NCBI GenBank assembly: GCA_038874595.1
Contig: JAVZCB010000001.1
Location: forward strand, 64,001 to 128,000
DNA from: Candidatus Micrarchaeia archaeon
GTDB taxonomy: Archaea; Micrarchaeota; Micrarchaeia; CAILAH01
Direction of reading: 5' to 3'
Length of the DNA stretch: 64,000 nt
Shown here in pieces: positions 10,151 through 21,223 of the stretch. The notes under the pieces are model-generated. The model was not told the origin of the DNA. It made no database searches and worked only from the letters and a program-made list of their open reading frames with translations. The position numbers and the translations under genes are program-made. Within the stretch, counting starts at the first letter, position 1; each line of letters begins with the position of its first letter.

Positions 10151-10931
10151 TGCCCCCCACCTTCGCCTTCAAGATGAAATATGTAGCTACAATGAGCAAT
10201 ACCATTATCATAGTGTATATGCCCTCTTGTGACGCAATAAACCCATAGAACGTATCCTTGATTGTTGCAAAGTATTTTTCAACTTCATCACGCAATGATT
10301 CCTCATATACATACACAAACCTGAAGTCCTGCAGTATCGTCTTTCCTTTCCAGAAGAATTCTTTATCATTCTTGTTCAGGACGTTAATGTTTTGGGCCAG
10401 TGGATCAACTGCCTTTACCTGGACGTTTTCAGGCAGTATTATGTACAGGTAATCAGTCTCTTCAAGCACGATATCCCCTCGGCTGTTCGTGCTAAATGAT
10501 AACCCATCTTTTATGATTGAGAGCTCGTATGTGCGCGCCTTCACTTGCTTTTTCTCAAACAGCCCTTTTGTGTCATACTCAATCTGAAGCACACCTTCAT
10601 AGCTTGGATTAATAAGGCTGAGCTTTTGAAGAGGCTGTGGGATTACCCTAAGATTGCTGATTGGAGCCTTATTGGGATTAATGTGATACCTTATCTTATC
10701 TATGCCTGTCCTAGTCTTCCAGCTAGTGATATCGTTTGTGATTGCTATGTTGCTGTTATATATTTCAGCTGAGGATTCACCATCAATCTTTATTGATATC
10801 TTTTCAATAATGTGCGCATTTCCTTCCTGGTCAGCGTAAATCCGCACGTTAGTGTTATCATAAGTGAATACTGCACCGACGATTCCACCGAATACAGCCA
10901 CTAAGCATAGTAATAAAAACAATTTACGCAT
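10143..10931 (-). CDS. Secreted/membrane-anchored hypothetical protein
   Basis: Signal peptide MRKLFLLLCLVAVFGGIVGA, beta-rich ectodomain, C-terminal TM with basic tail. Confidence 0.6.
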   Translation of the reverse strand: MRKLFLLLCLVAVFGGIVGAVFTYDNTNVRIYADQEGNAHIIEKISIKIDGESSAEIYNSNIAITNDITSWKTRTGIDKIRYHINPNKAPISNLRVIPQPLQKLSLINPSYEGVLQIEYDTKGLFEKKQVKARTYELSIIKDGLSFSTNSRGDIVLEETDYLYIILPENVQVKAVDPLAQNINVLNKNDKEFFWKGKTILQDFRFVYVYEESLRDEVEKYFATIKDTFYGFIASQEGIYTMIMVLLIVATYFILKAKVGGNE

Positions 10932-10960
10932 AATATAGTTAAACAACAATACATTTAAAA

Positions 10961-11596
10961 GTGGTAATTATGAACCTATTATTCCTTGGAGAAGCCGGTG
11001 TTGTGGCGTCTTTCCCTAACGGGAAGGTTGCAATAGACCCAGTGTCAGCACAGGTACCGCGCGACCGCATAATTGAGGAGTGCAGGGACCTCAAGCTTAT
11101 ACTGATTACGCATGAGCACAAAGAGCATTTTGATAGGGAGCTTGTTGAGGCACTTTTTGAAAAGTACAGGCCGTATGTTATAGGCCCGAGGCACGTGCTT
11201 GATAACCTCAGCGTGCATTCAACATATAAGAGCGATGTGGTGGTTGGGGATACGTTTGAGCTTAATGGGTTTGAGGTTAGGGTGATGCAAGTGTTCCACC
11301 CGCAGGCAAAGTATGCGGTCTCATATTTTGTCAAGTCTGGTGGTGCAACCCTTTACCATGCTGGCGATACGTACGAGACAGACCAGCTTTACAAGATTAA
11401 GGCAGATGTGGGCATTCTGCCAATCAAAGGTATGGAAACGATGGATGCCGCGCGTGTGGCGCGCATGTCCCAGCGCCTGCAATTCGGCAAGATATTCCCG
11501 GTTTACTGGGGTGACAGCAAGAACCTCGTTGAGTTCCTTATGGTTGCAAAAGAGAAAGGCCTCAGGCCACGGCTCGGCGATTGGGTCTCTGTGTAA
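10961..11596 (+). CDS. Metallo-beta-lactamase fold hydrolase
   Basis: ILITHEHKEHF, LYHAGDT, LPI motifs (UlaG/UPF0173-like; some metal ligands altered). Confidence 0.8.
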   Translation: MVIMNLLFLGEAGVVASFPNGKVAIDPVSAQVPRDRIIEECRDLKLILITHEHKEHFDRELVEALFEKYRPYVIGPRHVLDNLSVHSTYKSDVVVGDTFELNGFEVRVMQVFHPQAKYAVSYFVKSGGATLYHAGDTYETDQLYKIKADVGILPIKGMETMDAARVARMSQRLQFGKIFPVYWGDSKNLVEFLMVAKEKGLRPRLGDWVSV

Positions 11597-11606
11597 AGGC
11601 GGTCTT

Positions 11607-12989
11607 ATGGCCAGTAATAAATTACCGCTTGCCTTTTTGTTTTTGTTAATTTATGTCTCTTTCATTTTTGCGTCTTCTTCAGTCGAGGTTGTTATGTATC
11701 CTGACTCAAACTCATACGTACTGCGTACATATTCATTCTCCGTGCCCGGGCCGTTTACGCTAAACCCAGAGGAGATAAAAGGCATATCCCCCCAGGCAAT
11801 CTCAGTGTTCGGTGATGGTGCAGATGCCTATTTCATCTCACAATACTTAGTGAACAGCACACGGCAGGAGCGCAAGTCTCTTGCAGAGATTATTAATGAG
11901 AGTATAGGCAGGCAGGTTGCAATAAAAACAAAGTCGGGTGCATCTTACAACTCAACCCTGCTCTGGTATGACAGCAGTTATATAGGTGTTTCCGGGAAGG
12001 ACAGCTTGCAGGTAATATCTCTTGATGATGTTGCAGAGATATCCCTCCCGGCAACAAGCACTACTAAAAGCGTGAATTACAGCGAGAGCAAGTTATCAGT
12101 ATTTGGTGCGGCCATAAAGCCCAACAGTGCGCTCACGTTCGGGTACGTAAAGCGCGACCTGTCTTGGGGCATTGATTATGACCTGGTAGTATCAGGTGAC
12201 AGGGGCAAGCTTGTGCAGTATGCAACAATAACAAACAGCGGTGATGAGGCATATTCTGATGCTGCATTAACGCTTTCAATGCTGGACGTGAATTTTGTAG
12301 GTGTGAGGCCGTCGTATTACTATAACTATTACGCAGCCAAATCGAATATAATGTATGAGGCAGCGCCTGGGTACGGCCAGCCCGCATCGTCTAAACCAGA
12401 GTTTGAATCTTCACTGAAAGGTGGTATGTGGTCGTATACACCATCCACACCCATAACTTTGTGTGCGCACAGTTCTCACAAGATGGTTATTTTTAAAGAT
12501 GATGCAGTTTACACGAAGAAACAGGTATGGGATATAAGGCGCGGCAGTACGGTTTACCGCGTTTATGAGCTTAACAACTCGCGCAAGGAGGTCCTGCCAT
12601 CCGGCACCGTGCACGTGTTTGATGGCGGCACGTTCGTTGGTGAGGATACAATTGAAATGCTCGGCAGCGGGAGCTCGAAAGAGCTTTACGTCTCCAATGT
12701 CCCGCACATTGAAGTTGAGCGTACAATCATTTCTGATTCCGTAACCGGCAACTCGATAACGAGCTTCACGCATACAGTTAAGGTGCGGCTTAAACTGAAA
12801 AACCGCAGCGATTCAACAGAATCTGTTGAGGTGCGTGAGGACTTGTCAGGGTATAGCAATTTCAGGTATGTTTCATATTCGGTGCAGCCGTTCAAGGTCG
12901 ATGGTGGGAAGGCGTACTGGAACGTGCCGGTGGGTGCGGGTGCAGAGCAGGTTGTTGAGTATGTTTACACATACTCAAGCACTTACTGA
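11607..12989 (+). CDS. DUF4139-like secreted protein
   Basis: Signal peptide from MASNKLPL; LSW.IDY, ATITNSG, LPSGTVHVF, LKNRS...VEVRE pattern; the 11313 start in the ORF track overlaps the upstream gene. Confidence 0.7.
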   Translation: MASNKLPLAFLFLLIYVSFIFASSSVEVVMYPDSNSYVLRTYSFSVPGPFTLNPEEIKGISPQAISVFGDGADAYFISQYLVNSTRQERKSLAEIINESIGRQVAIKTKSGASYNSTLLWYDSSYIGVSGKDSLQVISLDDVAEISLPATSTTKSVNYSESKLSVFGAAIKPNSALTFGYVKRDLSWGIDYDLVVSGDRGKLVQYATITNSGDEAYSDAALTLSMLDVNFVGVRPSYYYNYYAAKSNIMYEAAPGYGQPASSKPEFESSLKGGMWSYTPSTPITLCAHSSHKMVIFKDDAVYTKKQVWDIRRGSTVYRVYELNNSRKEVLPSGTVHVFDGGTFVGEDTIEMLGSGSSKELYVSNVPHIEVERTIISDSVTGNSITSFTHTVKVRLKLKNRSDSTESVEVREDLSGYSNFRYVSYSVQPFKVDGGKAYWNVPVGAGAEQVVEYVYTYSSTY

Positions 12990-13013
12990 TAATGCTAAAT
13001 AAAAGGTGGATAA

Positions 13014-13445
13014 ATGGGCGACTCTGAGATGATTTACCTGGAAAAGAAGGTTGTGTGCAAGAAGTGTGGGCATATGCACGAGTTTAATATACGCACAAAC
13101 CTCTCAGTAACCAACTTCACGTTTAATGCAACGTGTGTTGAATGCGGCGGTCGTATCGTGATTGACCTTGATTCAATATTCAAGGGTGGGAAAGCGCCTG
13201 AGCAGATAAGCTCAATACACGACCCATACCTTAATGTGGACGCTTCGGCAACTTCCAGTAGCACGACATCCAACCTGCCGCTTGACCTTGATGCCGTTGA
13301 TGGCATTGATGAAAGCACATCATCTGAATCTTCAGGCACGTCTTCCTCGCAGGAAGGGCAGGGAGACGGGTCTATCTTTGATAGCAATACTGAGCCGATG
13401 CCGGATGTGTCATCTTTCTTTGATGACATTGAGGAAAACAAGTAA
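13014..13445 (+). CDS. Zn-ribbon protein with acidic Ser-rich tail
   Basis: CKKC...CVEC pair; low-complexity D/E/S C-terminus; SD aggtgg. Confidence 0.6.
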   Translation: MGDSEMIYLEKKVVCKKCGHMHEFNIRTNLSVTNFTFNATCVECGGRIVIDLDSIFKGGKAPEQISSIHDPYLNVDASATSSSTTSNLPLDLDAVDGIDESTSSESSGTSSSQEGQGDGSIFDSNTEPMPDVSSFFDDIEENK

Positions 13446-13543
13446 TTTGGCTGCGCATGAAAACGAAAAGAAACCTATGTTTTTCCTTGCTTTTTGTTAT
13501 ATAATATAAAAACAGAAAAATAGATATTATGAATAAAAAAATT

Positions 13544-15520
13544 TTAGATGAGGCCGAGTGATGCGGCCATCAAGGCACCCGCAAACACCAGTGATACTGT
13601 GTTGAGCACCTTGATTAAGGCGTTCAGTGCGGGCCCTGCAGTATCCTTTAACGGGTCACCTACAGTGTCACCGACAACAGCCGCTTTGTGCGTGTCGCTT
13701 CCTTTACCGCCAAGGTTACCTGCTTCAATATACTTCTTTGCGTTGTCCCACGCCGCTCCGGATGTGCACATAAACAGCGCCATCAGGAAACCGCTGGCGA
13801 TTGCGCCCGCAAGCAGCCCGGCAAGTGCGGCAGTCCCAAACAGGTACCCAACCACTATTGGTGCGAACACAGCAATTATGCCAGGGAGCGCAAGCTCCTT
13901 AAGTGCGGTTGCCGTACTTATATCCACACACTTTGCGTAGTCGGCTTTTGCCTTACCGGTCATCAGGCCCTTTATCTCCCTGAACTGCCTTCTCACTTCC
14001 TCAACTATCTCAAACGCCGCCCTGCCCACAGCGAGCATTAGCAGGCTTGAGAATATGAAAGGAAGCAGTGCACCTATAAATAACCCAACCACAACAGGTG
14101 TTGAAAGCAGGTCCACGGATGCAAGCTTGCTTTCAGCTGCAAAGGCCGCAAACAGTGCAAGCGCGCCAAGCGCTGCACCGCCGATTGCAAACCCTTTGGT
14201 TGTTGCCTTGGTGGTATTGCCCACCGCATCAAGCTCATCGGTCACTTTTCTGACCTTTTCAGGCAGGCCTGACATCTCCGCAATCCCGCCTGCATTATCA
14301 GTTATCGGGCCGTACGAGTCAACCGCAATCACTATTCCGCTCAATGAGAGCATTGCCGCTGCTGCAAGCGCAACACCGTAAATGCCGCCAAGCTTGAACG
14401 AGACGATAATTGCAGCAACTACAAGCACTGCGGGCAAGAGTGTTGATTCCATCCCGACCGCAAGCCCGGTAATCAGGTTTGTCCCGGCACCTGTCTTAGC
14501 CGCCTCTGCAATCTTCCTGACAGGCCTGAACTGTGTCCCTGTGTAATATTCGGTTATCAGGAACAGCAGGAATGTCACGATTGCACCAATAGCCACAACA
14601 TAGAAGTAGTTGGTAATGCCACCAAAGTATAGCAGTGTGCCGATGAGCATTACCGCAGATGCCACGAACAACCCTGTATAGAAAGAGAACATAATGTTTC
14701 TTGTCCAGAGCCTCACAAACAGTGACCCGATAATGCTTGCCAGCACACCAAGTGCGGCAATGCCGAGCGGCATTACAACCTCGTTTGCAAGGTGGCCAAG
14801 AAGCATTGCAGCAATTACGGTTACCACGAATGACTCAAACACATCAGCCGCCATACCCGCGCAGTCGCCAACATTATCACCGACGTTATCTGCAATCACT
14901 GCAGGGTTTCTTGGGTCATCCTCAGGGATTCCTTTCTCCACTTTTCCTACAAGGTCTGCACCCACATCGGCAGCTTTTGTATATATACCGCCACCGACCC
15001 TTGCGAACAGTGATATCAAAGATGCACCAAACCCGAACCCTACAAGCGGTGCAAGCTCGCCGTTAAAGTATATGTAAAGCGCGCTTATCCCGATAAGGCC
15101 GAGCCCTACAAGTGCCATCCCTGTGACGGCACCGCCTCTGAACGCCATCGAGAGTGCGGCTTTCAATCCATTGCTGGCTGCTTGGGCAACCCTGACGTTA
15201 CCCCTCACAGCGGTCTGCATGCCGATATAACCGGCAAGTGCAGATGATATTACACCAACAATGAACGCAATCGCAGTTGGCATGCCGACAAATGCATATA
15301 TGGCCGCCGCAAGCAGTATCACGATGGGAAGCAGTGTCTTATACTGCCTCATCAGGTACGCATTTGCACCTTCCTCAATCGCCTTCGCAATACTCTGCAT
15401 TTTCTCGTTGCCCTTGGGAGACCTCAATATACTAAATACAAGGGCGCCCGAGTAAATGATGGCCAATATGCCTACTGCCAGCGCAAAATAAACCTCGCTA
15501 ACTCCAAATATCATAGGCAT
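13544..15520 (-). CDS. hppA: Membrane-bound ion-translocating pyrophosphatase
   Basis: GGGIYTKAADVGADLVGKVE, IPEDDPRNPAVIADNVGDNVGD, GNTTKA, GDTVGDPLKDTAGP. Confidence 0.96.
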   Translation of the reverse strand: MPMIFGVSEVYFALAVGILAIIYSGALVFSILRSPKGNEKMQSIAKAIEEGANAYLMRQYKTLLPIVILLAAAIYAFVGMPTAIAFIVGVISSALAGYIGMQTAVRGNVRVAQAASNGLKAALSMAFRGGAVTGMALVGLGLIGISALYIYFNGELAPLVGFGFGASLISLFARVGGGIYTKAADVGADLVGKVEKGIPEDDPRNPAVIADNVGDNVGDCAGMAADVFESFVVTVIAAMLLGHLANEVVMPLGIAALGVLASIIGSLFVRLWTRNIMFSFYTGLFVASAVMLIGTLLYFGGITNYFYVVAIGAIVTFLLFLITEYYTGTQFRPVRKIAEAAKTGAGTNLITGLAVGMESTLLPAVLVVAAIIVSFKLGGIYGVALAAAAMLSLSGIVIAVDSYGPITDNAGGIAEMSGLPEKVRKVTDELDAVGNTTKATTKGFAIGGAALGALALFAAFAAESKLASVDLLSTPVVVGLFIGALLPFIFSSLLMLAVGRAAFEIVEEVRRQFREIKGLMTGKAKADYAKCVDISTATALKELALPGIIAVFAPIVVGYLFGTAALAGLLAGAIASGFLMALFMCTSGAAWDNAKKYIEAGNLGGKGSDTHKAAVVGDTVGDPLKDTAGPALNALIKVLNTVSLVFAGALMAASLGLI

Positions 15521-15594
15521 TTACACCCCACTATGTGAACTTTAAAAACAGCGATATTTTTAAGCTTATATGGAGTTTTTCGTCTGATATGTTG

Positions 15595-16236
15595 CTATCC
15601 AAACAGGAATATGGGCCCAAGATATATCAGGAGTGCTACTGCAAATGCCACTGCCCATATTATCCAGTTCCACCATAGTACTTTACTACCATCAAGCGGA
15701 AATATAGGTATCAGGTTGAACAATGCAAGTATACCGTTGATGCTATAGCCGATAAGTGCAATCTCGCTCAGGATTGATTTAGGGCCAAACGTTGCCACAA
15801 GGATTGGGAGCATTGCAATGAATGCAAGCGCAAGCACCATATTAGTAACCGGTCCTGCAAGTGATATCAGGCCGTTCTGTTTTCGTGTAATGTGCGGTGC
15901 GTATATGTACACAGCACCGGGTGCCGCCAGCACAAACCCGAACACAGAAAACACAAGCGCCATCAGTAGCCCAAGCGGCCAAATCCTGAACGCCGCATAA
16001 GCACCGTAATGCTGTGCAACAATCTTGTGCGCCATCTCGTGCAGTATGAACGCTGACCCCACAGTTATTATCATTATGCCCATCTGTTTTGCAAGGCCTA
16101 CAACCGAGAACTTTGCAAGATTGGAAATACCGGTGAATGCAATCACAAGCGCTATTGATATTGCTATTGTTGCAATTGCAATATCATTGATTTCAACCCA
16201 ATCAATTGAAAACTTCTTCATTGTTACACACTTCAA
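15595..16236 (-). CDS. Site-2 protease (M50) membrane metalloprotease
   Basis: LHEMAH, AGPVTN, FNLIPIFPLDG. Confidence 0.9.
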   Translation of the reverse strand: MKCVTMKKFSIDWVEINDIAIATIAISIALVIAFTGISNLAKFSVVGLAKQMGIMIITVGSAFILHEMAHKIVAQHYGAYAAFRIWPLGLLMALVFSVFGFVLAAPGAVYIYAPHITRKQNGLISLAGPVTNMVLALAFIAMLPILVATFGPKSILSEIALIGYSINGILALFNLIPIFPLDGSKVLWWNWIIWAVAFAVALLIYLGPIFLFG

Positions 16237-16242
16237 GTTATT

Positions 16243-16644
16243 TTAGCGTATTTCAATTACCTGCTCTTCATCGTTTACCTTAACCTTGGCACGTGAGAAC
16301 GTCCCAGCATATGATGCAATCTTACACTTGATTTCCCTGTTGTTTTCAGCGAGCACCCTGATTTCCTGGCCGAGCCGCCCGTCCTCAAGCGCCTCACCGC
16401 GCAGCCAACCACTCATCGTATCGCTTACTATTGTGACCGCATCGCCTTTCTTTACACCACGCGCGTGCGGGTACCAAAACGGTGATAGCAAAGTTATCCC
16501 GAGTGCAAGCGCGAGCATCTTCAGCAAAAGCATCAGGTCCGCCTCAGGCCACAGCGCAAACACTACCAGCGCAACCGAAAAAGAAACAAGAAATGTCCCA
16601 ATGATCACCCTAATGTTAAAGTTCATCTCTTTATCACCATGCAT
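16243..16644 (-). CDS. Small membrane protein with C-terminal beta domain
   Basis: Two N-terminal TM helices; co-oriented with cdc48 and the M50 protease. Confidence 0.55.
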   Translation of the reverse strand: MHGDKEMNFNIRVIIGTFLVSFSVALVVFALWPEADLMLLLKMLALALGITLLSPFWYPHARGVKKGDAVTIVSDTMSGWLRGEALEDGRLGQEIRVLAENNREIKCKIASYAGTFSRAKVKVNDEEQVIEIR

Positions 16645-16659
16645 CCAATCCGTATGCCA

Positions 16660-18813
16660 TTATCTGTATATCACATTCTCCATCTCTTTGAACTTCTGTA
16701 TCCTGCCCAGGTCGGTCTTTGTGGTTGATGGCTTGACATTCTGCAGTGCTTTCTGGAAATCCTCCATCTTAATCTTATCATCAACCCTGCCTTCCCTAAT
16801 GAGAATCATCCCAGCTTCCCTACATACACCTTCAATGTCCGCACCCGAGTACCCATCAGTCATCGCAGCGAGCTCTTTAAGATTGACGTTCTTGGCAAGC
16901 GGCATGTTGCGTGTGTGCACCTTAAATATAGCTTCCCTGGTATTTTCATCTGGCATGTCTATATTCACAACATAATCAAACCTGCCTGCACGGACAAGTG
17001 CCGGGTCTAGGATATCTGGCCTGTTAGTGGCCGCTAAAACCACCAGGCCTTTGGTATTGGTTATACCGTCCATCTCAGTAAGCAGCGTGTTTACTATCCT
17101 TTCAGTGACTTTTGTCCCTTCATCCTGGCCTCCTCGTACTGGGGCAATCGCATCTATCTCATCAATGAACACTATGCACGGCGATGCGAGCTTTGCCTTC
17201 CTGAATATCTCACGCACAATCTTCTCACTCTCACCAACCCATTTGCTAAGCACTTCCGGGCCCTTGATTGAGATAAAGTTTGCCTTGCTCTCTGTAGCAA
17301 CAGCTTTTGCGAGCAGTGTCTTACCGGTCCCGGGTGGGCCTACTAGCAGTATGCCTTTTGTTGGGCGTATGCCAATCTTCTCGAAGTATTCAGGGTGGTT
17401 GAGAGGCAGCTCAACACCTTCTTTGAGTATTTTCTTGGCGTTCTCAAGCCCACCAATATCCTCCCATCGCACATTTGGCACTTCGGTGAACACTTCCCTC
17501 AGTGCAGACGGCTGGATCTCCTTCATCGCCTCCAGAAAGTCATCTTGTGTGACCTCTATCTTATCAAGCACATCTGAAGGTATCGTACCCTCTAAATCAA
17601 GCTCTGGCAGTATCCTCCTGAGCGCGCGCATCGCAGCCTCCTTGCTCAGTGATGCGATATCGGCACCCGTATACCCGTATGTGATATCTGCAAGTTTTTT
17701 CAGGTCCACGTTTTTTGCGAGTGGCATATGCCTGGCGTGAATCTCAAGTATCTCTTCACGCGCGTTCCTGTCAGGGACACCAATCTCAATCTCCCTGTCA
17801 AACCTGCCAGGCCGTCTCAACGCCTGGTCTATTGAGTTAGGCCTATTGGTTGCACCTATCACAATAACCTGGCCCCTGCTTGCGAGCCCGTCCATTAATG
17901 TCAGCAGCTGGCTTACCATTCTCCTCTCAACCTCGCCAGTTGCCTCCTCCCGCTTGGGCGCGATTGCATCCAGCTCATCCATAAATATAATGCTCGGCGC
18001 ATTCTCTTCTGCTTCCTTGAACAGTTTTCTCAATCTTTCTTCACTCTCACCCACATATTTACTGACCAGCTCAGGACCGCCAACGTAGTAGAAGTTGGCC
18101 TCGCTCTCTGACGCGACCGCTTTTGCGAGCAGTGTCTTACCGGTCCCTGGCGGGCCGTACATAAGCACACCTTTCGGCGGGTCAATCCCAAGCCGCTGGA
18201 ACAGCTCAGGATGCCTGAGCGGAAGCTCAACCATCTCCCTGATTTTCTGGATTTCTTCTTTCAGCCCGCCAATATCTTCATAAGATATTGTGGGTATCCT
18301 GCCCATATCCTTTGTTGGCTCATTCTTAAGCGACAGGTCTGTATCATTCCCAATCAACACAATCCCTGTCGGGAAAGTCTGAGTAACCACAAGCGGGTAT
18401 GGTGTGCCGAACACTGCAATGTATATCACATCACCGCGTGTAAGCGCCCTGCCGACCAGCCGCCTTTGCAGTATCTTGTCAAACCCGGTTGGGAATTGCA
18501 TCGGCTGTTTAGGGGTCAGCGTAATCTTCTTCGCCTCTTTCACATCCGCTTTTTTCACAACTATCTTATCGCCTATGGCAACACCAGCGTTCTGCCTGAG
18601 GTACCCATCCATCCTTATTACACCGTACCCCTCATCACGTGGGTGCGCCTGCCATACAATTGCTGCAGTGCTGCGTTTTCCCTTTAGTTCAACAACATCA
18701 CCGGTTGTAACATCCAGCTCCTTCCTTGCAGCACTATCAATCCTCACAATGCCCCTGCCCACATCGTGTTGTAAAGCTTCTGCAACCTTGAGTTCCAGTT
18801 CTTTCACAGTCAC
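16660..18813 (-). CDS. cdc48: Cdc48/VAT AAA+ ATPase
   Basis: N-domain [10 protein letters not shown]; two [15 protein letters not shown] modules, RRPGRFDRE; GTG start after SD ggaaggtg. Confidence 0.96.
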   Translation of the reverse strand: MTVKELELKVAEALQHDVGRGIVRIDSAARKELDVTTGDVVELKGKRSTAAIVWQAHPRDEGYGVIRMDGYLRQNAGVAIGDKIVVKKADVKEAKKITLTPKQPMQFPTGFDKILQRRLVGRALTRGDVIYIAVFGTPYPLVVTQTFPTGIVLIGNDTDLSLKNEPTKDMGRIPTISYEDIGGLKEEIQKIREMVELPLRHPELFQRLGIDPPKGVLMYGPPGTGKTLLAKAVASESEANFYYVGGPELVSKYVGESEERLRKLFKEAEENAPSIIFMDELDAIAPKREEATGEVERRMVSQLLTLMDGLASRGQVIVIGATNRPNSIDQALRRPGRFDREIEIGVPDRNAREEILEIHARHMPLAKNVDLKKLADITYGYTGADIASLSKEAAMRALRRILPELDLEGTIPSDVLDKIEVTQDDFLEAMKEIQPSALREVFTEVPNVRWEDIGGLENAKKILKEGVELPLNHPEYFEKIGIRPTKGILLVGPPGTGKTLLAKAVATESKANFISIKGPEVLSKWVGESEKIVREIFRKAKLASPCIVFIDEIDAIAPVRGGQDEGTKVTERIVNTLLTEMDGITNTKGLVVLAATNRPDILDPALVRAGRFDYVVNIDMPDENTREAIFKVHTRNMPLAKNVNLKELAAMTDGYSGADIEGVCREAGMILIREGRVDDKIKMEDFQKALQNVKPSTTKTDLGRIQKFKEMENVIYR

Positions 18814-18958
18814 AAAATACACCTTCCACAATAAGCGCTTTTGCCGCGTTAGGATATAAAGCAAATAATAATTATAAAATATGCCTTTATGAATTTCCGT
18901 TAGTGCCAAATCGCAAGGTTTTTTAATGTAAGTATTGCCCTAATAGGTAGGTGTTTGC

Positions 18959-19852
18959 ATGCCAAAAGGAAAATGTGATGATATAGCTGTTTATGAAGAG
19001 CTTCGTGCCTCAATGGCACCGGAAGACCTCGTGCTTTATGATACGGTTGCATTGGGCGTGTTTACAGAGGCATACCGCGCACTCAAGAAAGCACTTCACG
19101 AAGAAAGCATGAATGTTACAGCAGAGAATGCGGAAGAGTTTGCTGAGAAAGCACTGTATATACAGGAAGCACTCAAAGAGTATGAGCGCCTGCTGTTTTC
19201 GCTTGATTCAAGCATCAAGCCGAATGTATCAAAGTTTGTTGAGCTTGAAAACGACGATGTGCTGGATAATGCGTTCTCAAATTTCCTGAAGATGCATCTC
19301 ACGTTTACGCATAAGGAGCTGATGGATTACTTTGAGGAGAGGTATTCAGAGAAGACGCTGCTTAAGTACGTTGGCAATGTCCCAATATACAAGAAGAGGA
19401 TGCTCTTTGAGAAGAAGGATATTGAATCCAGGCTTGAAGGGCTCATAAGCGACGGCATAATCCTTGAGAGCCATGGCAGGGATGCAAAAGCAAAGAAAGG
19501 CACAAAGGACAAATTTATCTCAATGCCCGCTGTGTATGCAATATTCACTGGCCCGTGGAACCCTCTCATTGTTTATCCAGAGGTAGAGTATGTCGCAACC
19601 GAATCCGCACGTGTGCTCCGCGAGCTCATGATAATGGAAGAGGCCGAGACGAGCCAGGCAGGGAAGATGCTCAAGCTGCTGTTCAAGAACGGTTCGGCTG
19701 AAGGGTTTATACAGAACCTTGCAGGGCTTCTCGTAATGTATTACGAGCAGATGAATGAGCCAAAGCCAGAGTTCATATTTGAGACCGCGGACGGCCCGAC
19801 GATTGCAATCTCTTTCCAAGAGGGCGCGTTTTACGAAGCTGTGACAGTATAA
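18959..19852 (+). CDS. Hypothetical protein
   Basis: 297-aa ORF with SD aggtg, divergent from cdc48; no motif recognised. Confidence 0.6.
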   Translation: MPKGKCDDIAVYEELRASMAPEDLVLYDTVALGVFTEAYRALKKALHEESMNVTAENAEEFAEKALYIQEALKEYERLLFSLDSSIKPNVSKFVELENDDVLDNAFSNFLKMHLTFTHKELMDYFEERYSEKTLLKYVGNVPIYKKRMLFEKKDIESRLEGLISDGIILESHGRDAKAKKGTKDKFISMPAVYAIFTGPWNPLIVYPEVEYVATESARVLRELMIMEEAETSQAGKMLKLLFKNGSAEGFIQNLAGLLVMYYEQMNEPKPEFIFETADGPTIAISFQEGAFYEAVTV

Positions 19853-19900
19853 GTGTTTCATTATTTTTTGCTTAAATTTTTTGCTGCCTAATTATACATC

Positions 19901-20164
19901 ATGCCAAAGCCAGTTGATTATGAATCTGCAATAAATAGGTGCCTTGACGAGTTTAATGCCAATGCAGATGGTGTGGCAGTAAGACTCATCTCAGTTAATA
20001 ATAGTGATTTTGATGTTGAAGTTATAAGCCAGGATTTAGATGCAGTTGTTTTCAGCTCTGCGGATGACCTCGCAGCCAAATTCAGGAAGATAGGCCTGCG
20101 CGGTGATATGACCTGGTTTACAAAAACCGACCTTGATAAGATGCTTATCAGGTTTAAGCTGTGA
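19901..20164 (+). CDS. Hypothetical protein
   Basis: 87-aa ORF filling the intergenic space. Confidence 0.5.
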   Translation: MPKPVDYESAINRCLDEFNANADGVAVRLISVNNSDFDVEVISQDLDAVVFSSADDLAAKFRKIGLRGDMTWFTKTDLDKMLIRFKL

Positions 20165-20191
20165 TTGCTCTACACTAAACAACCTAACATA

Positions 20192-21223
20192 TCAGATAAG
20201 CTCTGCCCTTTTCTTTCCTATAACATACATATTTTCATATCGTATTCCTTTCTTGCCGTACTGCCCTGGCTCAATAGTAATCACAGCATTCTCTTTTAAT
20301 GTGTCTTTTGATTTTGCGTGGAAGTATGGGAACTCGTGCACTTCAAGCCCAATCCCGTGGCCGATACCGTGCGGAAATTCGTTAAGACCGTTCCTCTTAA
20401 TTATTACGTTCACTTCATCCACAAAATCGCATATTTTTTTGCCAGCGTATGCAATATCAGCAACTTCGAGGGAGGTGTGCTTTAATTTCTCATATACCCC
20501 CCTCATATCACCCAACTCGCCAATGCATCGTGTAACATCTGAGTTGTAATTTTTGTACTGCACTCCCATATCCACCAATACGTAATCCTCAATCCTCTCA
20601 TCCCCGGCAGCAGTGTAATGCGGGTACCGTGCATTTTTCGAATTTGCAACTATTGTATCAAACGCTTCCCTACATCCCTGTTTTGCAATCTCTACAAGAA
20701 TATCTCTCTTTAGCTCACTTTCACTTTTTTCCGTTATGTTCTTCATCGCTCTCATCCTGTTTATTATCCCAATTGCTTTTTTGTTTGCAATTCTCATTAG
20801 CTCAATCTCGTTTTTCTCCTTAACTTCCCGTACGTAAAGAAGCTCTTTTGAAACCGGCTTCATCTCTCTTGAGTGGATTTTTCTGTAAACCGCGTAGGGT
20901 ATTGCGCTCACATCAAGAGCACATTTTGCCTTGCCACAAGCCTTATGTAATGCCTCTTTTGCAGTATTGTTTTTATCGCAAATAACAACATCCGCAACAT
21001 TCCCGTAGCAATCCTTTACAAGTGACTCGTTTAACCTGTTTGAGATTAGTGTAATTCTGCCATCCTTGTGAAGCACCAGTATCGAATGGTCCAAATCCAT
21101 CCCGGCAAAATAATAGAAGTTCGGTGAGTATGCACCCCACCGCGGTATCACAACAGTTGAACCCAGCGCGTCCACAGCCCGTGCTACTCTTTTTTTAATA
21201 CGCTTAAAATCAATCGATTTCAT
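20192..21223 (-). CDS. pepQ: Xaa-Pro aminopeptidase (M24)
   Basis: VDMGV..YNSDVTR, HGIGHGIGLEVHE, TIEPG.Y, GIRYE. Confidence 0.9.
   Translation of the reverse strand: MKSIDFKRIKKRVARAVDALGSTVVIPRWGAYSPNFYYFAGMDLDHSILVLHKDGRITLISNRLNESLVKDCYGNVADVVICDKNNTAKEALHKACGKAKCALDVSAIPYAVYRKIHSREMKPVSKELLYVREVKEKNEIELMRIANKKAIGIINRMRAMKNITEKSESELKRDILVEIAKQGCREAFDTIVANSKNARYPHYTAAGDERIEDYVLVDMGVQYKNYNSDVTRCIGELGDMRGVYEKLKHTSLEVADIAYAGKKICDFVDEVNVIIKRNGLNEFPHGIGHGIGLEVHEFPYFHAKSKDTLKENAVITIEPGQYGKKGIRYENMYVIGKKRAELI

Noticed and set aside
11313-11606. N-terminal extension of the 558-aa ORF
   Set aside because: It overlaps the MBL hydrolase; the signal peptide begins at 11607.
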